Of a stretch of 64,000 nt of DNA, positions 45,601 through 53,666 are shown piece by piece. The DNA is taken from positions 62,001 through 126,000 of the forward strand of contig NMRA01000612.1 in NCBI GenBank assembly GCA_002633005.1. Direction: 5' to 3'. The stretch is from Phoronis australis (taxonomy: Eukaryota > Animalia > Phoronida). Within the stretch, counting starts at the first letter, position 1. The number at the start of each line of letters is the position of its first letter. Made by a program: the position numbers and the translations under genes. The notes under the pieces are model-generated. The model did not search any database, had not been told where the DNA came from, and was given only the letters and a program-made list of their open reading frames with translations.

Positions 45601-46867
45601 ATATAATATATGTGCGTGAATTTGTTGTTGGGTTCATACTAAATTGCACTTGTTACCGCAGTGATCCCTGTGGATTTTTCACGTTTTGCAACCAAATGCT
45701 AGAAAACAAAGTTCTCACTGTAATATAGGTTCAGGAATCCTTCCCTCGTTTTCAGTGCTGCATGCATAGAAATAACTATGTACTGTTTTCTTCCTCATCT
45801 TACTTCTATTAATCTTATCCTGAAGCCTTTTGTTCTACTATTTTCTGAGTGTATTACCTTAGCCATGTTGCCATGGAAACTTTTACTAGGGTAATTATTC
45901 ACTTATTTAACACACAACATGGCGGACATCTGAATCTTTATTTTGGCAAAATTTTCAGGAAAAATGAAGATTCAATATTTTTTAACCAATTCTCTTGGTT
46001 TGTAGCCAGAGTAGCAGTTTCAAAACAACATTTGGTGATGTTTCAATTATTTGTGGCAAGGTAAATCAGGTTTTGAAAAAACACATTTTTTTGCAATTAT
46101 TTTTGTTTTTGAAATAGGTGAAGAATTACTGTATTTGTTTTGAACTGTGATGTTTTAGTGCAGTTCATCCAGTGGTGCTTCTTGTGTTTAAGAATGCTAG
46201 GCATTTTAACTGACCATTACTAATAAAATTGCGTTGGTCAAGTTGTGAAAACTACTAAATTTTTTCTGTTCTTTTATATTCATTGATATCTGTAGTTGTC
46301 TTAAGCATGGAATGGACGTTGCTTGGATGAATATATAAAAAGCATGCTTTCTAAAATTCCTGTACAGGTGCCTTGTAACAGTTTTAGTTATTATGTTCAT
46401 TTAATTTCATGTGTCAGTGAAGGTTAATCAACAATAGTGTGTCCAAAACAATTTTGCATTCATATTTTACTGTAATCTAGTTTAATTTTATGAGAACAGC
46501 ATTTGTTGTGTCATGAGACTTGTTCATAATGATTATTCTGTTGTTTGTGCAAGCACACTGTATCTCTAGAACATGTAGATGTGAACAAATACATTGTACC
46601 CCAAGCCTGTTGCTGGCTTCAGGGATAACACAAACACCCGACATTCTCATATTTCATTTAAAAGATGGGGATGTAACTTTAATGACCAGATACAGCGCGT
46701 TATTTGTTCAAATATTTAGCTGCTACTTTACATTTGTTTTCCAGCTAAACACCAGTTTCAGTTCTACCTACCGCCGTGACAGGACTTCAATGAATGACTC
46801 TACTGCAAACTCGACATTTAACCGCTCCACATCCAACGGTGGAGCGGCTGAAGAAGAAGAAGAGTAA
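3438..46867 (+). CDS. Mhc: Muscle myosin II heavy chain, complete multi-exon gene with mutually exclusive exons and alternative termini (about 1950-1974 aa)
   Basis: Spliced exons give the N-terminal region, P-loop GESGAGKT, switch I NNNSSRFG, switch II DIAGFE, relay, SH1/SH2 [18 protein letters not shown] region, WQWWKLY-VKPLL junction and heptad rod. All introns are GT-AG with matching phases. Confidence 0.98.
3999..4142 (+). CDS. Mhc: Mhc exon c2
   Basis: [32 protein letters not shown]...NQLIY; donor GTAAGT. Confidence 0.95.
8105..8261 (+). CDS. Mhc: Mhc exon c3
   Basis: [19 protein letters not shown]...AYHDMLQ; donor GTGAGT; phase 1. Confidence 0.95.
10063..10090 (+). CDS. Mhc: Mhc exon c4 (28 nt)
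   Basis: (D)RENQSMLI(T); ctttcAG acceptor and GTAAGT donor. Confidence 0.93.
10893..10995 (+). CDS. Mhc: Mhc alternative exon c5a (P-loop, short loop 1)
   Basis: [34 protein letters not shown]; 103 nt; phase 2-0. Confidence 0.92.
11894..12014 (+). CDS. Mhc: Mhc alternative exon c5b (P-loop, long loop 1)
   Basis: [40 protein letters not shown]; 121 nt; phase 2-0; donor GTAGAC. Confidence 0.92.
12087..12158. repeat. 15-bp inverted repeat, MITE-like remnant
   Basis: TGGGCGGATCTAGGA (12087-12101) vs TCTTAGATCCGCCCA (12144-12158); same GGCGGATCTA core as the element end at 57697. Confidence 0.7.
13356..13448 (+). CDS. Mhc: Mhc alternative exon c6a (switch I)
   Basis: [31 protein letters not shown]; 93 nt; phase 0-0. 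Confidence 0.93.
13675..13767 (+). CDS. Mhc: Mhc alternative exon c6b (switch I)
   Basis: [31 protein letters not shown]; 93 nt; phase 0-0. Confidence 0.93.
13799..13848. repeat. Perfect 15-bp inverted repeat with 20-nt loop
   Basis: AACCAAATGCAAATC (13799-13813) and GATTTGCATTTGGTT (13834-13848). Confidence 0.85.
14468..14531 (+). CDS. Mhc: Mhc exon c7
   Basis: [21 protein letters not shown]; donor GTAAGT. Confidence 0.95.
14789..14887 (+). CDS. Mhc: Mhc exon c8
   Basis: (Y)[32 protein letters not shown]; donor GTCAGT. Confidence 0.95.
15141..15244 (+). CDS. Mhc: Mhc exon c9
   Basis: (E)[34 protein letters not shown]; donor GTAAGT. Confidence 0.94.
15744..15995 (+). CDS. Mhc: Mhc exon c10
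   Basis: [18 protein letters not shown]...VTKGQNQAQ. Confidence 0.95.
16336..16485 (+). CDS. Mhc: Mhc exon c11 (switch II)
   Basis: [17 protein letters not shown]...[12 protein letters not shown]. Confidence 0.95.
16910..17080 (+). CDS. Mhc: Mhc exon c12 (relay helix)
   Basis: [25 protein letters not shown]...IELIEK. Confidence 0.95.
17660..19115. mobile_element. Probable non-autonomous transposon-derived insert in intron c12-c13 (boundaries approximate)
   Basis: Abrupt CpG-rich block within otherwise CpG-poor introns; no recognisable ORF or clear termini. Confidence 0.35.
19409..19585 (+). CDS. Mhc: Mhc exon c13
   Basis: [19 protein letters not shown]...[10 protein letters not shown]; donor GTATGT. 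Confidence 0.95.
20139..20256 (+). CDS. Mhc: Mhc alternative exon c14a
   Basis: [39 protein letters not shown]; 118 nt; phase 0-1. Confidence 0.92.
20802..20919 (+). CDS. Mhc: Mhc alternative exon c14b
   Basis: [39 protein letters not shown]; 118 nt; phase 0-1. Confidence 0.9.
21191..21308 (+). CDS. Mhc: Mhc alternative exon c14c
   Basis: [39 protein letters not shown]; 118 nt; phase 0-1. Confidence 0.9.
21540..21657 (+). CDS. Mhc: Mhc alternative exon c14d
   Basis: [39 protein letters not shown]; 118 nt; phase 0-1. Confidence 0.9.
21995..22112 (+). CDS. Mhc: Mhc alternative exon c14e
   Basis: [39 protein letters not shown]; 118 nt; weak donor GTCTTG. Confidence 0.88.
23474..23550 (+). 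CDS. Mhc: Mhc exon c15 (loop 2)
   Basis: (D)[25 protein letters not shown], the lysine-rich actin-binding loop. Confidence 0.94.
24138..24225 (+). CDS. Mhc: Mhc alternative exon c16a
   Basis: [29 protein letters not shown]; 88 nt; phase 0-1. Confidence 0.9.
24571..24658 (+). CDS. Mhc: Mhc alternative exon c16b
   Basis: [29 protein letters not shown]; 88 nt. Confidence 0.9.
25247..25334 (+). CDS. Mhc: Mhc alternative exon c16c
   Basis: [29 protein letters not shown]; 88 nt. Confidence 0.9.
25795..25882 (+). CDS. Mhc: Mhc alternative exon c16d
   Basis: [29 protein letters not shown]; 88 nt. Confidence 0.9.
26624..26741 (+). CDS. Mhc: Mhc exon c17 (SH2/SH1 helix)
   Basis: (G)[38 protein letters not shown](R). 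Confidence 0.95.
27049..27088 (+). pseudogene. Degenerate partial duplicate of the 5' end of exon c18 with intact acceptor and in-frame stop
   Basis: ctttctAG/A TAC TCC ATT TTG GTG TCC AAT GTC ATC... reads [12 protein letters not shown], vs [12 protein letters not shown] in c18. Confidence 0.7.
27153..27492 (+). CDS. Mhc: Mhc exon c18 (converter and IQ lever arm)
   Basis: [10 protein letters not shown]...[10 protein letters not shown]...FQAFIRGYL...IQRNIR...WQWWKLYTK. Confidence 0.95.
28446..28607 (+). CDS. Candidate alternative first coding exon for a headless full-rod protein (54-aa acidic N-terminus; about 1197 aa product)
   Basis: Kozak cacc-ATG-G; [54 protein letters not shown]; donor GTAAGG in phase 0, matching c19 (VKPLL). 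Confidence 0.6.
28759..28929 (+). CDS. Mhc: Mhc exon c19 (start of rod)
   Basis: [16 protein letters not shown]...DIFLELQ. Confidence 0.95.
29388..29600 (+). CDS. Mhc: Mhc exon c20
   Basis: [13 protein letters not shown]...LESALAK. Confidence 0.95.
30021..30230 (+). CDS. Mhc: Mhc exon c21
   Basis: [13 protein letters not shown]...KLEQTLDE. Confidence 0.95.
30666..30811 (+). CDS. Mhc: Mhc exon c22
   Basis: [27 protein letters not shown]...EDNVR(R). Confidence 0.95.
31121..31211 (+). CDS. Mhc: Mhc exon c23
   Basis: [30 protein letters not shown]; ends phase 0. Confidence 0.95.
31848..32124. repeat. AT-rich tandem repeat, about 105-109 bp unit, about 2.5 copies
   Basis: taata(c/t)ttc(a/g)tattatt restarts at 31848, 31952 and 32061. 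Confidence 0.85.
33136..33260 (+). promoter_or_regulatory. Candidate internal (catchin) promoter
   Basis: CArG CCTTTTAAGG 33136-33145 and CATAAA at 33255 upstream of ATG 33319; another TATAAAAG lies at 32377. Confidence 0.45.
33319..33651 (+). CDS. Catchin/myorod-type alternative first exon (111-aa Ser/Thr-rich N-terminus; about 977 aa headless product)
   Basis: Kozak gcc-ATG-G; [10 protein letters not shown]...SPGLRHLFE; donor GTGGGT in phase 0, in frame with c24 ARIEELEEE; position and product size resemble bivalve catchin. Confidence 0.8.
34228..34284 (+). CDS. Mhc: Mhc exon c24
   Basis: [19 protein letters not shown]. Confidence 0.94.
34421..34750. repeat. Diverged tandem duplication, about 170 bp x2
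   Basis: ttataatataaa...agatttggctggt...aatgttgcttaa...aatcaaaact starts at 34421 and 34590. Confidence 0.75.
35358..35444 (+). CDS. Mhc: Mhc exon c25
   Basis: [29 protein letters not shown]. Confidence 0.95.
35600..35940. repeat. Diverged tandem repeat, about 95-118 bp unit, about 3 copies
   Basis: Recurring actg(t/c)ca...tgatgaaa...ttagtggg(a/t)gc. Confidence 0.75.
37902..38068 (+). CDS. Mhc: Mhc exon c26
   Basis: [20 protein letters not shown]...LQKAKS(K). Confidence 0.95.
38148..38185. repeat. Imperfect (GTT/GAT)n microsatellite
   Basis: gttgatgttgatgttgatgttgttgttgttgctgttatg. Confidence 0.7.
38576..38617. repeat. Perfect 14-bp x3 tandem of self-complementary units
   Basis: (TGACAAATGTCACG)3. 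Confidence 0.9.
39034..39112 (+). CDS. Mhc: Mhc alternative exon c27a (S2/LMM hinge)
   Basis: [26 protein letters not shown]; 79 nt; phase 2-0. Confidence 0.92.
39559..39637 (+). CDS. Mhc: Mhc alternative exon c27b (S2/LMM hinge)
   Basis: [26 protein letters not shown]; 79 nt; phase 2-0. Confidence 0.9.
40456..40701 (+). CDS. Mhc: Mhc exon c28
   Basis: [14 protein letters not shown]...SLEEESR. Confidence 0.95.
40875..41204 (+). CDS. Mhc: Mhc exon c29
   Basis: [15 protein letters not shown]...LSIDVER. Confidence 0.95.
41420..41636 (+). CDS. Mhc: Mhc exon c30
   Basis: [16 protein letters not shown]...RRENKNLA. Confidence 0.95.
41950..43011 (+). repeat. About 530-bp near-identical direct duplication either side of N at 42486, containing a second copy of c31 (42547-42787); probable assembly overlap
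   Basis: 41950-42485 vs 42487-43011: exon identical by eye, with a few intronic SNPs and a 12-bp indel. Confidence 0.85.
42010..42250 (+). CDS. Mhc: Mhc exon c31 (copy 1)
   Basis: (D)[15 protein letters not shown]...EDEFENT(R); 241 nt. Confidence 0.9.
43075..43267 (+). CDS. Mhc: Mhc exon c32
   Basis: [17 protein letters not shown]...KFSQQVM. Confidence 0.95.
43818..44519 (+). CDS. Mhc: Mhc exon c33
   Basis: [15 protein letters not shown]...YKRQVEEA; 702 nt. Confidence 0.96.
44757..44915 (+). CDS. Mhc: Mhc exon c34
   Basis: [17 protein letters not shown]...RAGSSAG; donor GTAAGT. Confidence 0.95.
45203..45271 (+). CDS. Mhc: Mhc optional stop-containing exon c35 (short tailpiece; exon extends to 45284)
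   Basis: ttttcttcAG/[22 protein letters not shown], then donor GTAAGT at 45285. Confidence 0.75.
   Translation, partial: ATISASVKAPRRVERSADRTAE
46745..46867 (+). CDS. Mhc: Mhc terminal exon c36 (long Ser/Thr-rich acidic tailpiece)
   Basis: ttgttttccAG/[40 protein letters not shown]. Confidence 0.88.
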   Translation, partial: LNTSFSSTYRRDRTSMNDSTANSTFNRSTSNGGAAEEEEE

Positions 46868-47400
46868 AACCGTGTCCCTTGTCTTCCGTCCAACTTTTGT
46901 TATGATATTTTTCTTTCTGCTGAAGACATTTTCAAACACTGCCTTAAGACTTATTATCTTAAGCGCTTTTGCAAGGCTGCGTGGGTGATGAGACGGTTCG
47001 AATGACGCCTCTGGCTTATACACATAACTTCATGTATTTAAGTTTTGTATCCTTCACTGCTCACGTGTTACCACGGATGCGCTGAGACTTTAGAAAGTTG
47101 TAGTATCACAAGGAGAACTAGTGTCTTAGTGGTGATTAACATTTTAACAGTTGTATGAGAATTTGACTACGACTTAAAGTTTGTTTTATTGTTAGTCTAT
47201 TGCATTTAACAGAGGAGCGGTAGCACCTTCTCTCTGGCGGTTGTCTATGCTGCAATGTGATACTTGTAAGTCTCCCTCATGGAGTGATTGCTAGTATTTG
47301 TACACGCTTTTTGGCGATTGGAATGGATTAGATTATGATTAACTGATCGACAACGACATCTTTGACTTAATTATTGTAATAACATTTGTCTGTATTACTC

Positions 47401-47406
47401 AATAAA
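47401..47406 (+). terminator. Mhc polyadenylation signal
   Basis: AATAAA about 530 nt after the stop, followed by T/GT-rich sequence. Confidence 0.7.
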
Positions 47407-48863
47407 GCAATGTCAAGCTGATACTGAGTCTTGTTCAATCTTTTCTTCCTGCATGCGTGTCACTCAGTGTTTTTTCAAGTTTTCAAAAATGATATTCGAT
47501 TCATAGTTTTCTATGTGCAAAATTTGAAACGATTGCCGCATGAATGGTAACCAACCACATGCTTGGCCTTGAATGCGTTGTAATGTAGGAAACCATATTA
47601 GGTTAACTTTGAAGCTTTGATAATATCAAATTTCATCACTGAAGTTCCACAATGAAGCAAAAAACGTAATGAATATACTTTAAAAATTGCAGCACTTAAA
47701 TAATCTAAATCAAAGTTAATCTTCTAGAAGGTGCATTCACCAATATATCAGCATCTGTGACGCACTAAAAATTGACATGCAAAGCATTGCAATATCAAGA
47801 CATGGGACTAAACAATAAGCAAAGTATCGAAAAAGTAAAAGCACTGACCGGAACCGAAAGGATAAATGTTTGGGAGACTTGAAGACCACTATTCGTGAAA
47901 TATCCTCAACGGTTTTATGTGATGTCGGCATTTGTGCCAAAAGAACTTCAGGATAGTATTTTTGGAAATTTTTATTAATCATTCGACCCCCAACAGCAAA
48001 GTTAACTGGATCGGCATTGCTAATCAAGCGCACACCCAAAACTCAAGTTCGTTAGGTTCTTGATGGAATGTTGAAAAATATATATCATCTGGCAGCCAGG
48101 AACCTGTATAGCAAACGGGTTGGGGGAGTGCAACATTCGCAATGACGGGGGGAGGGGTGAGCGGCGGGGAACTTGGGACTCGATAACGATTTCAGGGCGG
48201 TAGAAGCCCGGCGAAGCAGCCAACGGAAGCGTCGTTGGGTCACTTTTTACACCTGAACAGAGTGGTCCTATTTGGAGCATGAGATCACATTATCAGTACA
48301 CTTTGACTGAAAAGTGTGGTCCTGGGGAATCTTGATCATTAACTTAGAGGCTGTTTTAAAATCTCTTTTATTAGTAATACAAGCGTGAGGGAAGTCGCAT
48401 TTATCAGTTGTGGCTGCCTTCGGGGCGAGAGGGAATTACATGGAATTGCCCGAATGTAACCAACCTACGTCAAAAATCAACAAAGGTCTAACTTTGAAAA
48501 AGGGTTATTTCAGATAGGGTGTCGGAAGGCGGCTAACCGATTTCCGGCAGAATTACAAGTCAGCGTGCAACGCAATTCACTGCATGGAATTTCCCGGCAA
48601 TTCCGCGAGGCATGTACACGTGCACAGACACTTGACAGGCAACTTGGAATCATGAGAGTTTCGGGGGCCATCTTCCACGAAATGTTCAGAAATTATAACT
48701 GGTTCATTCCAGTAGTACCGTGTTACGGTGTATGAGTTAAGTTTTGACGTGAACGCTGTGCACGATCGTCAAAAAATCATACCCGACACTCTGCAGTGAT
48801 CGGCACGAGCCCGCAGTTTCTTGCATACAGCTTCTTCGTCAACAATGGTTTCCAAACAACGAG

Positions 48864-49007
48864 AATCCTACACCAGTCTCAGGCAAAACCTCATGGAAAT
48901 TTCGTCAAAATCCCGAGGCTTCAAAATCCCGACTCCGAGGCCTGCCGCGTGATTTTGACGAAATTTCTAAGACGTTTTGCCCAAATCTGAGACTAGTGTA
49001 TAGGATT
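48864..49007. repeat. Long imperfect foldback palindrome, probably a non-autonomous element
   Basis: aatccta..cagtctcag..gcaaaac..gaaatttcgtcaaaatc mirrored by gattttgacgaaatttc..gttttgc..ctgagact..taggatt. Confidence 0.8.
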
Positions 49008-50122
49008 TGTTTTCTCACATGAACCGTAAAAACGATTTTTTGCCGAAAAACTCGACGTGTCTAAAACCACTCCTTGCTAAAACTTTCAATCTTATCACTC
49101 AACTTTTGTAAAAACACGCTTGCGCAATGTACTAAAGTAAGTCAGTTAGGCTCAGTACTTAATTTTTGTTAATAGTTTTATTTTAAGCTTAACAATTGTA
49201 AATTGCATTCAGTTTTCGTAGTGAATATTCAAGTCAGAATCTAATAAATAGTCTTTGAAATTGTAATATTAAAACTTAAAAAATGTTTATAAATAACAGT
49301 CAGCAAGGCTTCCCCGCGCGTGAGCACTAAATTGACCTTGAGACAGCACAGGCAGACAGTCTCGCCGCATTCTCGAGTTCGGGCTCGTCTTCCGGCGTTT
49401 GAATGAACGTGGATATGTAATTCGCCGCCGAAAATGGGTCCGTTTAAGAAGTTGTTTGCATGTGCTTTCAACTGGGAGTTCGTACAGTTGCGACACCCGA
49501 TTTGTCAATCATAACCTCGCCACCTTCTCGGAATTCCGACATTGTTTGGTTGGCGCACGTTTGCTTGTTTTAGTGTTTTGCAGAGAGTAAAATGTAAGGC
49601 GTATGGATTTCTACTTTGCACTACTTTGTGATTTGCCCAATATCAAAAAATACGTTATCGGTGTTATTAACCAGTCGTATCGTAACACATTCCAGGTCAT
49701 GTGAGAAGTTGGATTTTGTCTTTTGTTTACTGAGATTGTCTCACATTTTTGGTCATTTGTGCTGCATGTCTTTATGCGGCTGTGCATTGAAATGCTGCAC
49801 AAAACTAACCCCCCACCCTAACAAAAAATGCCGTGACCAGGTCCCCGAACAAGATAATGTTCTGTCAAATTTTCTCTCGTCTACAAATTTCGCAATGTCT
49901 TTCTTTTCTCGGCTGCCCCGGTCCTAGACCTATGCTGCTCGCCACGATTTCATCCTGGCGCCTGCAAATGATTTAGGCGCACACTGCCCACCCCCTGGCT
50001 ATGATAGTTACAACGCGTGTTGATTCGAGACGACTAGAACAACCAGGTGGCTGTCCCAGAGGGGTTATTTTAAACTTACAGTTGGTACTTTTCGCAATAC
50101 ATGACTAACAACCATCAGCAAG

Positions 50123-51736
50123 ATGCTTCCACTGATATTTTTGGGTATTGCTGTGGTTACAGCTACCAATCAGAATAACAACGTCAACACTCAACGAAGC
50201 AATGATTCTTGCAAGTATACGTTGGTAGTTCCCAGTGGCCAGTGCTCAGGATCAGACAGCAAGAAGGTGACAGACCTGATCACCTCTCTCCAGCAAATGA
50301 GCAACGGCTTCCACCAGCAATTCAGGTTGCAACAAGTGTTGAACGCGAATCTCGAGCGAAAGATTGCAAGCTTGACTCAAAAGACACTCCAGCAAGCCGA
50401 CCGAATAGAAGTGCTTGAAAATACTCTACGACAAAACGGCATACAGTGTAGAAAGCGTTTAGGTTAGTTTGTAATATGGTTGAGTGGCACTGCTCTCCTA
50501 TCTATTTCAGTTAAGGAAAGTGACGTTTTGAATTTGACCACTTTCCATTATAAAGTTTACTGAGAGAATACATTTCTTATCGATATTGATCAGCCTGGTT
50601 CGAGCCAACTGCGTGTGGTATAGGCGAATTCGTTTAGTTTGTGATGACTGCAGTCCACAGGCTTGAGCGTTGTTTTTGATTACTAAGAAGAGCTTCACAG
50701 TGTTCCAAAATAGTTTGGTATTCTGCATAAATTTTTTTCCATAGGCTTCTAAGTTCGCGTTCTTGCCACCAGCCCATGAGCCTATAGACGGGAACACAAT
50801 TAGAAATTTCTACGACTTAAAGGGGTTTTACTTGAACAGTGTGAGCTAAGCGACTTCAGCTCTTTTGATGTCCCTCAGCCTTTAAAGCAACGATAGTTAC
50901 TGATCTTACATGGGCGGCGCAGCACTGAAAAAGTGGGGGGCTAAAGCCCCCTCAGCCTCCCTGTGGCGCACCGCCTATAGACCATGTGCGGCGTAGCACT
51001 AAAAAAGTGGGGGCTATAGCCTCCCCAGCCCCCTGTAGTGCGCCGCCCTTGTGTTAGTAGCCAACTACCCTAACTTAGCGTTTTGCCCTTTCAGACTGCG
51101 CTGACCTCCGTTTGGCTGGGCAAAAAACCGATAGCGTGTACAATATCACACTTGAGCATGCGTTGTCACCGATCAGTGTTTGGTGTGACATGTCGACAGG
51201 TCACGGAGGATCATCGGGACACTGATTCAACGGCGACAGGACGGTTCAGCTTACTTCTGTCGCGACTGGGGAGACTGCAAGAAGGGATTTGGCATGGCAG
51301 AAGGCGAATATTGGCTCGGAAATGATAATATCGTCCATCTTACAAACCAGAAAAAATATTTGCTTAGAATAGATTTGTGGATTTTGACGGCAACCACTTT
51401 GCAGCGGAATACGACAATTCCTATATCGAAAATGAACTCCATAAGTACAAGTTACACGTTGGATCGTACAACGGTACGGCTGGTGATGCCATGACGTATC
51501 ACAGCAACAGAGTATTTTCCACAAAAGATCGCGATGCTACAAGGGTGTGCTCTTACTTATACAAGGGAGGGTTTTGGTACTACGGCTGTGCCTACGCAAA
51601 TCTGAATGGCATCTATAATCACGACAGCAGATACGTTGAAACTGACGCCGTGCACTGGTACAAACTAAACAACAAATTCAAAGCGCTCAAGAAAGTTGAG
51701 ATGAAAGTGAGACCAATGATGTTTCACAAAAGATAA
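50123..51736 (+). pseudogene. Secreted angiopoietin-like fibrinogen-domain (FReD) gene, 2 exons (50123-50462, 51095-51736), with two frameshifts
   Basis: Signal peptide, CKYTLVVP motif and coiled coil; FBG motifs DCADL, VWCDM, TLIQRRQDGS, GEYWLGND, FSTKDRD, GGFWYYGC, ANLNG, EMKVRP. The frame breaks near 51211-51218 and 51380. Confidence 0.8.
50909..51051. repeat. Two tandem about 70-bp foldback units (MITE-like) in the FReD intron
   Basis: catg(g/t)gcggcg.agcact.aaaaagtggggg...agcc...gcgc..cc at 50909 and 50983. Confidence 0.7.
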
Positions 51737-53666
51737 AATGTCATGATCGTTGCAATTTTTTTGGCTATGTCATCTGACTCCAAACTGACTTATAATGAAC
51801 AATTAACGCGATTCTCCCAAGATAACGGTGCTTGAAGATGTGGGATGTCATATCATATGATGCCATGTCAATCCTGACTCATCTCATTTACAACAAATGA
51901 GTATTTACCATTTAAAAAGTTTTCACAGAGTAAACTTCTGTGTCATTGTCCTTCGGGGTCACTATGTGGTCCACAACCAAAAATTAAAAAAACACACTAA
52001 AACATTCTTTATCATACTCTGTTTATTTTGAGTAAAGTGACATCACGTTGAAAGAGTATCATTTGGAAATACGTTCTGACTAAAAATGTTTTGTGAAGTT
52101 TTCAAATAAAAGAGAATGATAGTATTCAAAACAGACAAAACAAATACAAAATGTGCAGGTACGAGGGGTTTAAAAAATAGTCCACATCCTAGATATATTT
52201 CATGCTCATCTATGTCCCACTGTTTGTTGGAGGTCCGCCTCCTCTGGCAAACAATTTCCCCTTTCCACCATCGTCTTGTTTTCTTCTTACTGAAGAAAAG
52301 CCAGTCTTCAGATACGCTCAGTGGGCGTATATAGGCCTAAGAAAGAAAGTTCTCAGATACGACCAATGCATTTATTTGTGGACAAATGAGCGTTGTTAGA
52401 TAATAAATTTCCCCGGGTTTCTTAAGAAATGAATATAACAAAACCGTTACTAAGATATTTCCGCTACCTGTGCGAACAATCATAATCAAACAGATGTGAT
52501 TGTTGTGCTTCAGATACAGAATTGATAAACCCGAGTGTAAGCTTCGGAGCACTAAACCGTGACTAAATAGTATCTAGGTGTTGCTCCATTCATGCCGTCA
52601 GCATCGCAACAACTTACTGCACAAGCCCATTACATAAATAAACAAAAAGCTGCAAGGCGCAATAACGTCACATTAAAGACCGGCAAAAACGCTATTTTCT
52701 GCATAGAACTGCTATCCGTGGTCATATTGCAATGTAACAAGTATGTCTTACGAAGTGAGGTTCTGGGTTTAAGTCTCAGAGACCACACTTCTGGTGAAAG
52801 ATACCGCACGAGAACATCAGACAAAAGTAGGACATAACACATCACATATTTTTTACATATACCTTACTTGAACAATTAGGTAGACTGATTAATAACTGAA
52901 ACACTTTTAGTTTGAAGAAGTGTTGACTTAATTCTTACACTCTGACATTAATTGCGACAAGTGACCATGTCATTTTTAGTAAAATTTTGCAAAAAAGGAA
53001 AAACATTAACAGAAAAACAACCGTTCAACGCTGTTACAGTATTCTAAAATTTTATTTTGTTTTATTCAACTTTAGAGTTTCCTGAAAATCCAATATTTTT
53101 GAATGCCTCAATGCAAAAGTATAACATTTTGAAAACAATTCCCAACACCGTTTTGGAGAACATTGCACAAAGTATAGTATCTGAACGTTGCAAATGAATA
53201 CGATAAGGCATTACAAAGAGGATGGCCTGTGGAAGAGTGAAACATGCCAGTGGGGTTTGGATGTCAAGCACACCACACAGCGGAGGTATCTCCAACAACA
53301 CTAATGTAAATAATTGGCAAAAATCCCCGTCCAATTAACTTTTATAGCACAAAACACTTGGTAAATTCTAGAGGCTAGAAGGCACAACCTTCTGAAATAG
53401 CGTCTATAGGTCTCCCTCCCACAAAATGGGCACGACGGAGTCGCTGCGATGCAATACCTGTGATATGGGTACCAAATGACGAAAAACCCTGCCCGAGACA
53501 ATAAAACTTTTGCTGACCCACAACGCCACTTTGTTTGTTTATTAAATTTGTATTGTTGTTCGTACGAATGTGTTGGTTTGAGCTCTTCCGGTTCCGTCTC
53601 GTATTGTCTTCGTCTACGTTAAACTTACTACTCATTGTTTAGTTTATCTGGCGTGGTGGCATCGAA

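Noticed and set aside
45950-45967. Acceptor-like ttttcAG followed by EK*
   Set aside because: Weak pyrimidine tract and no other support as a terminal exon
52020-53510. Possible minus-strand gene fragments (GFFVIWYPYH resembling GPCR TM6, acceptor-like sites, AATAAA at 52022-52027)
   Set aside because: I could not assemble a coherent spliced frame or recognise a family
53649-53666. TGGCGTGGTGGCATCG as a primer-binding site for the Gypsy element
   Set aside because: No LTR ending in CA precedes it, and no tRNA match could be verified
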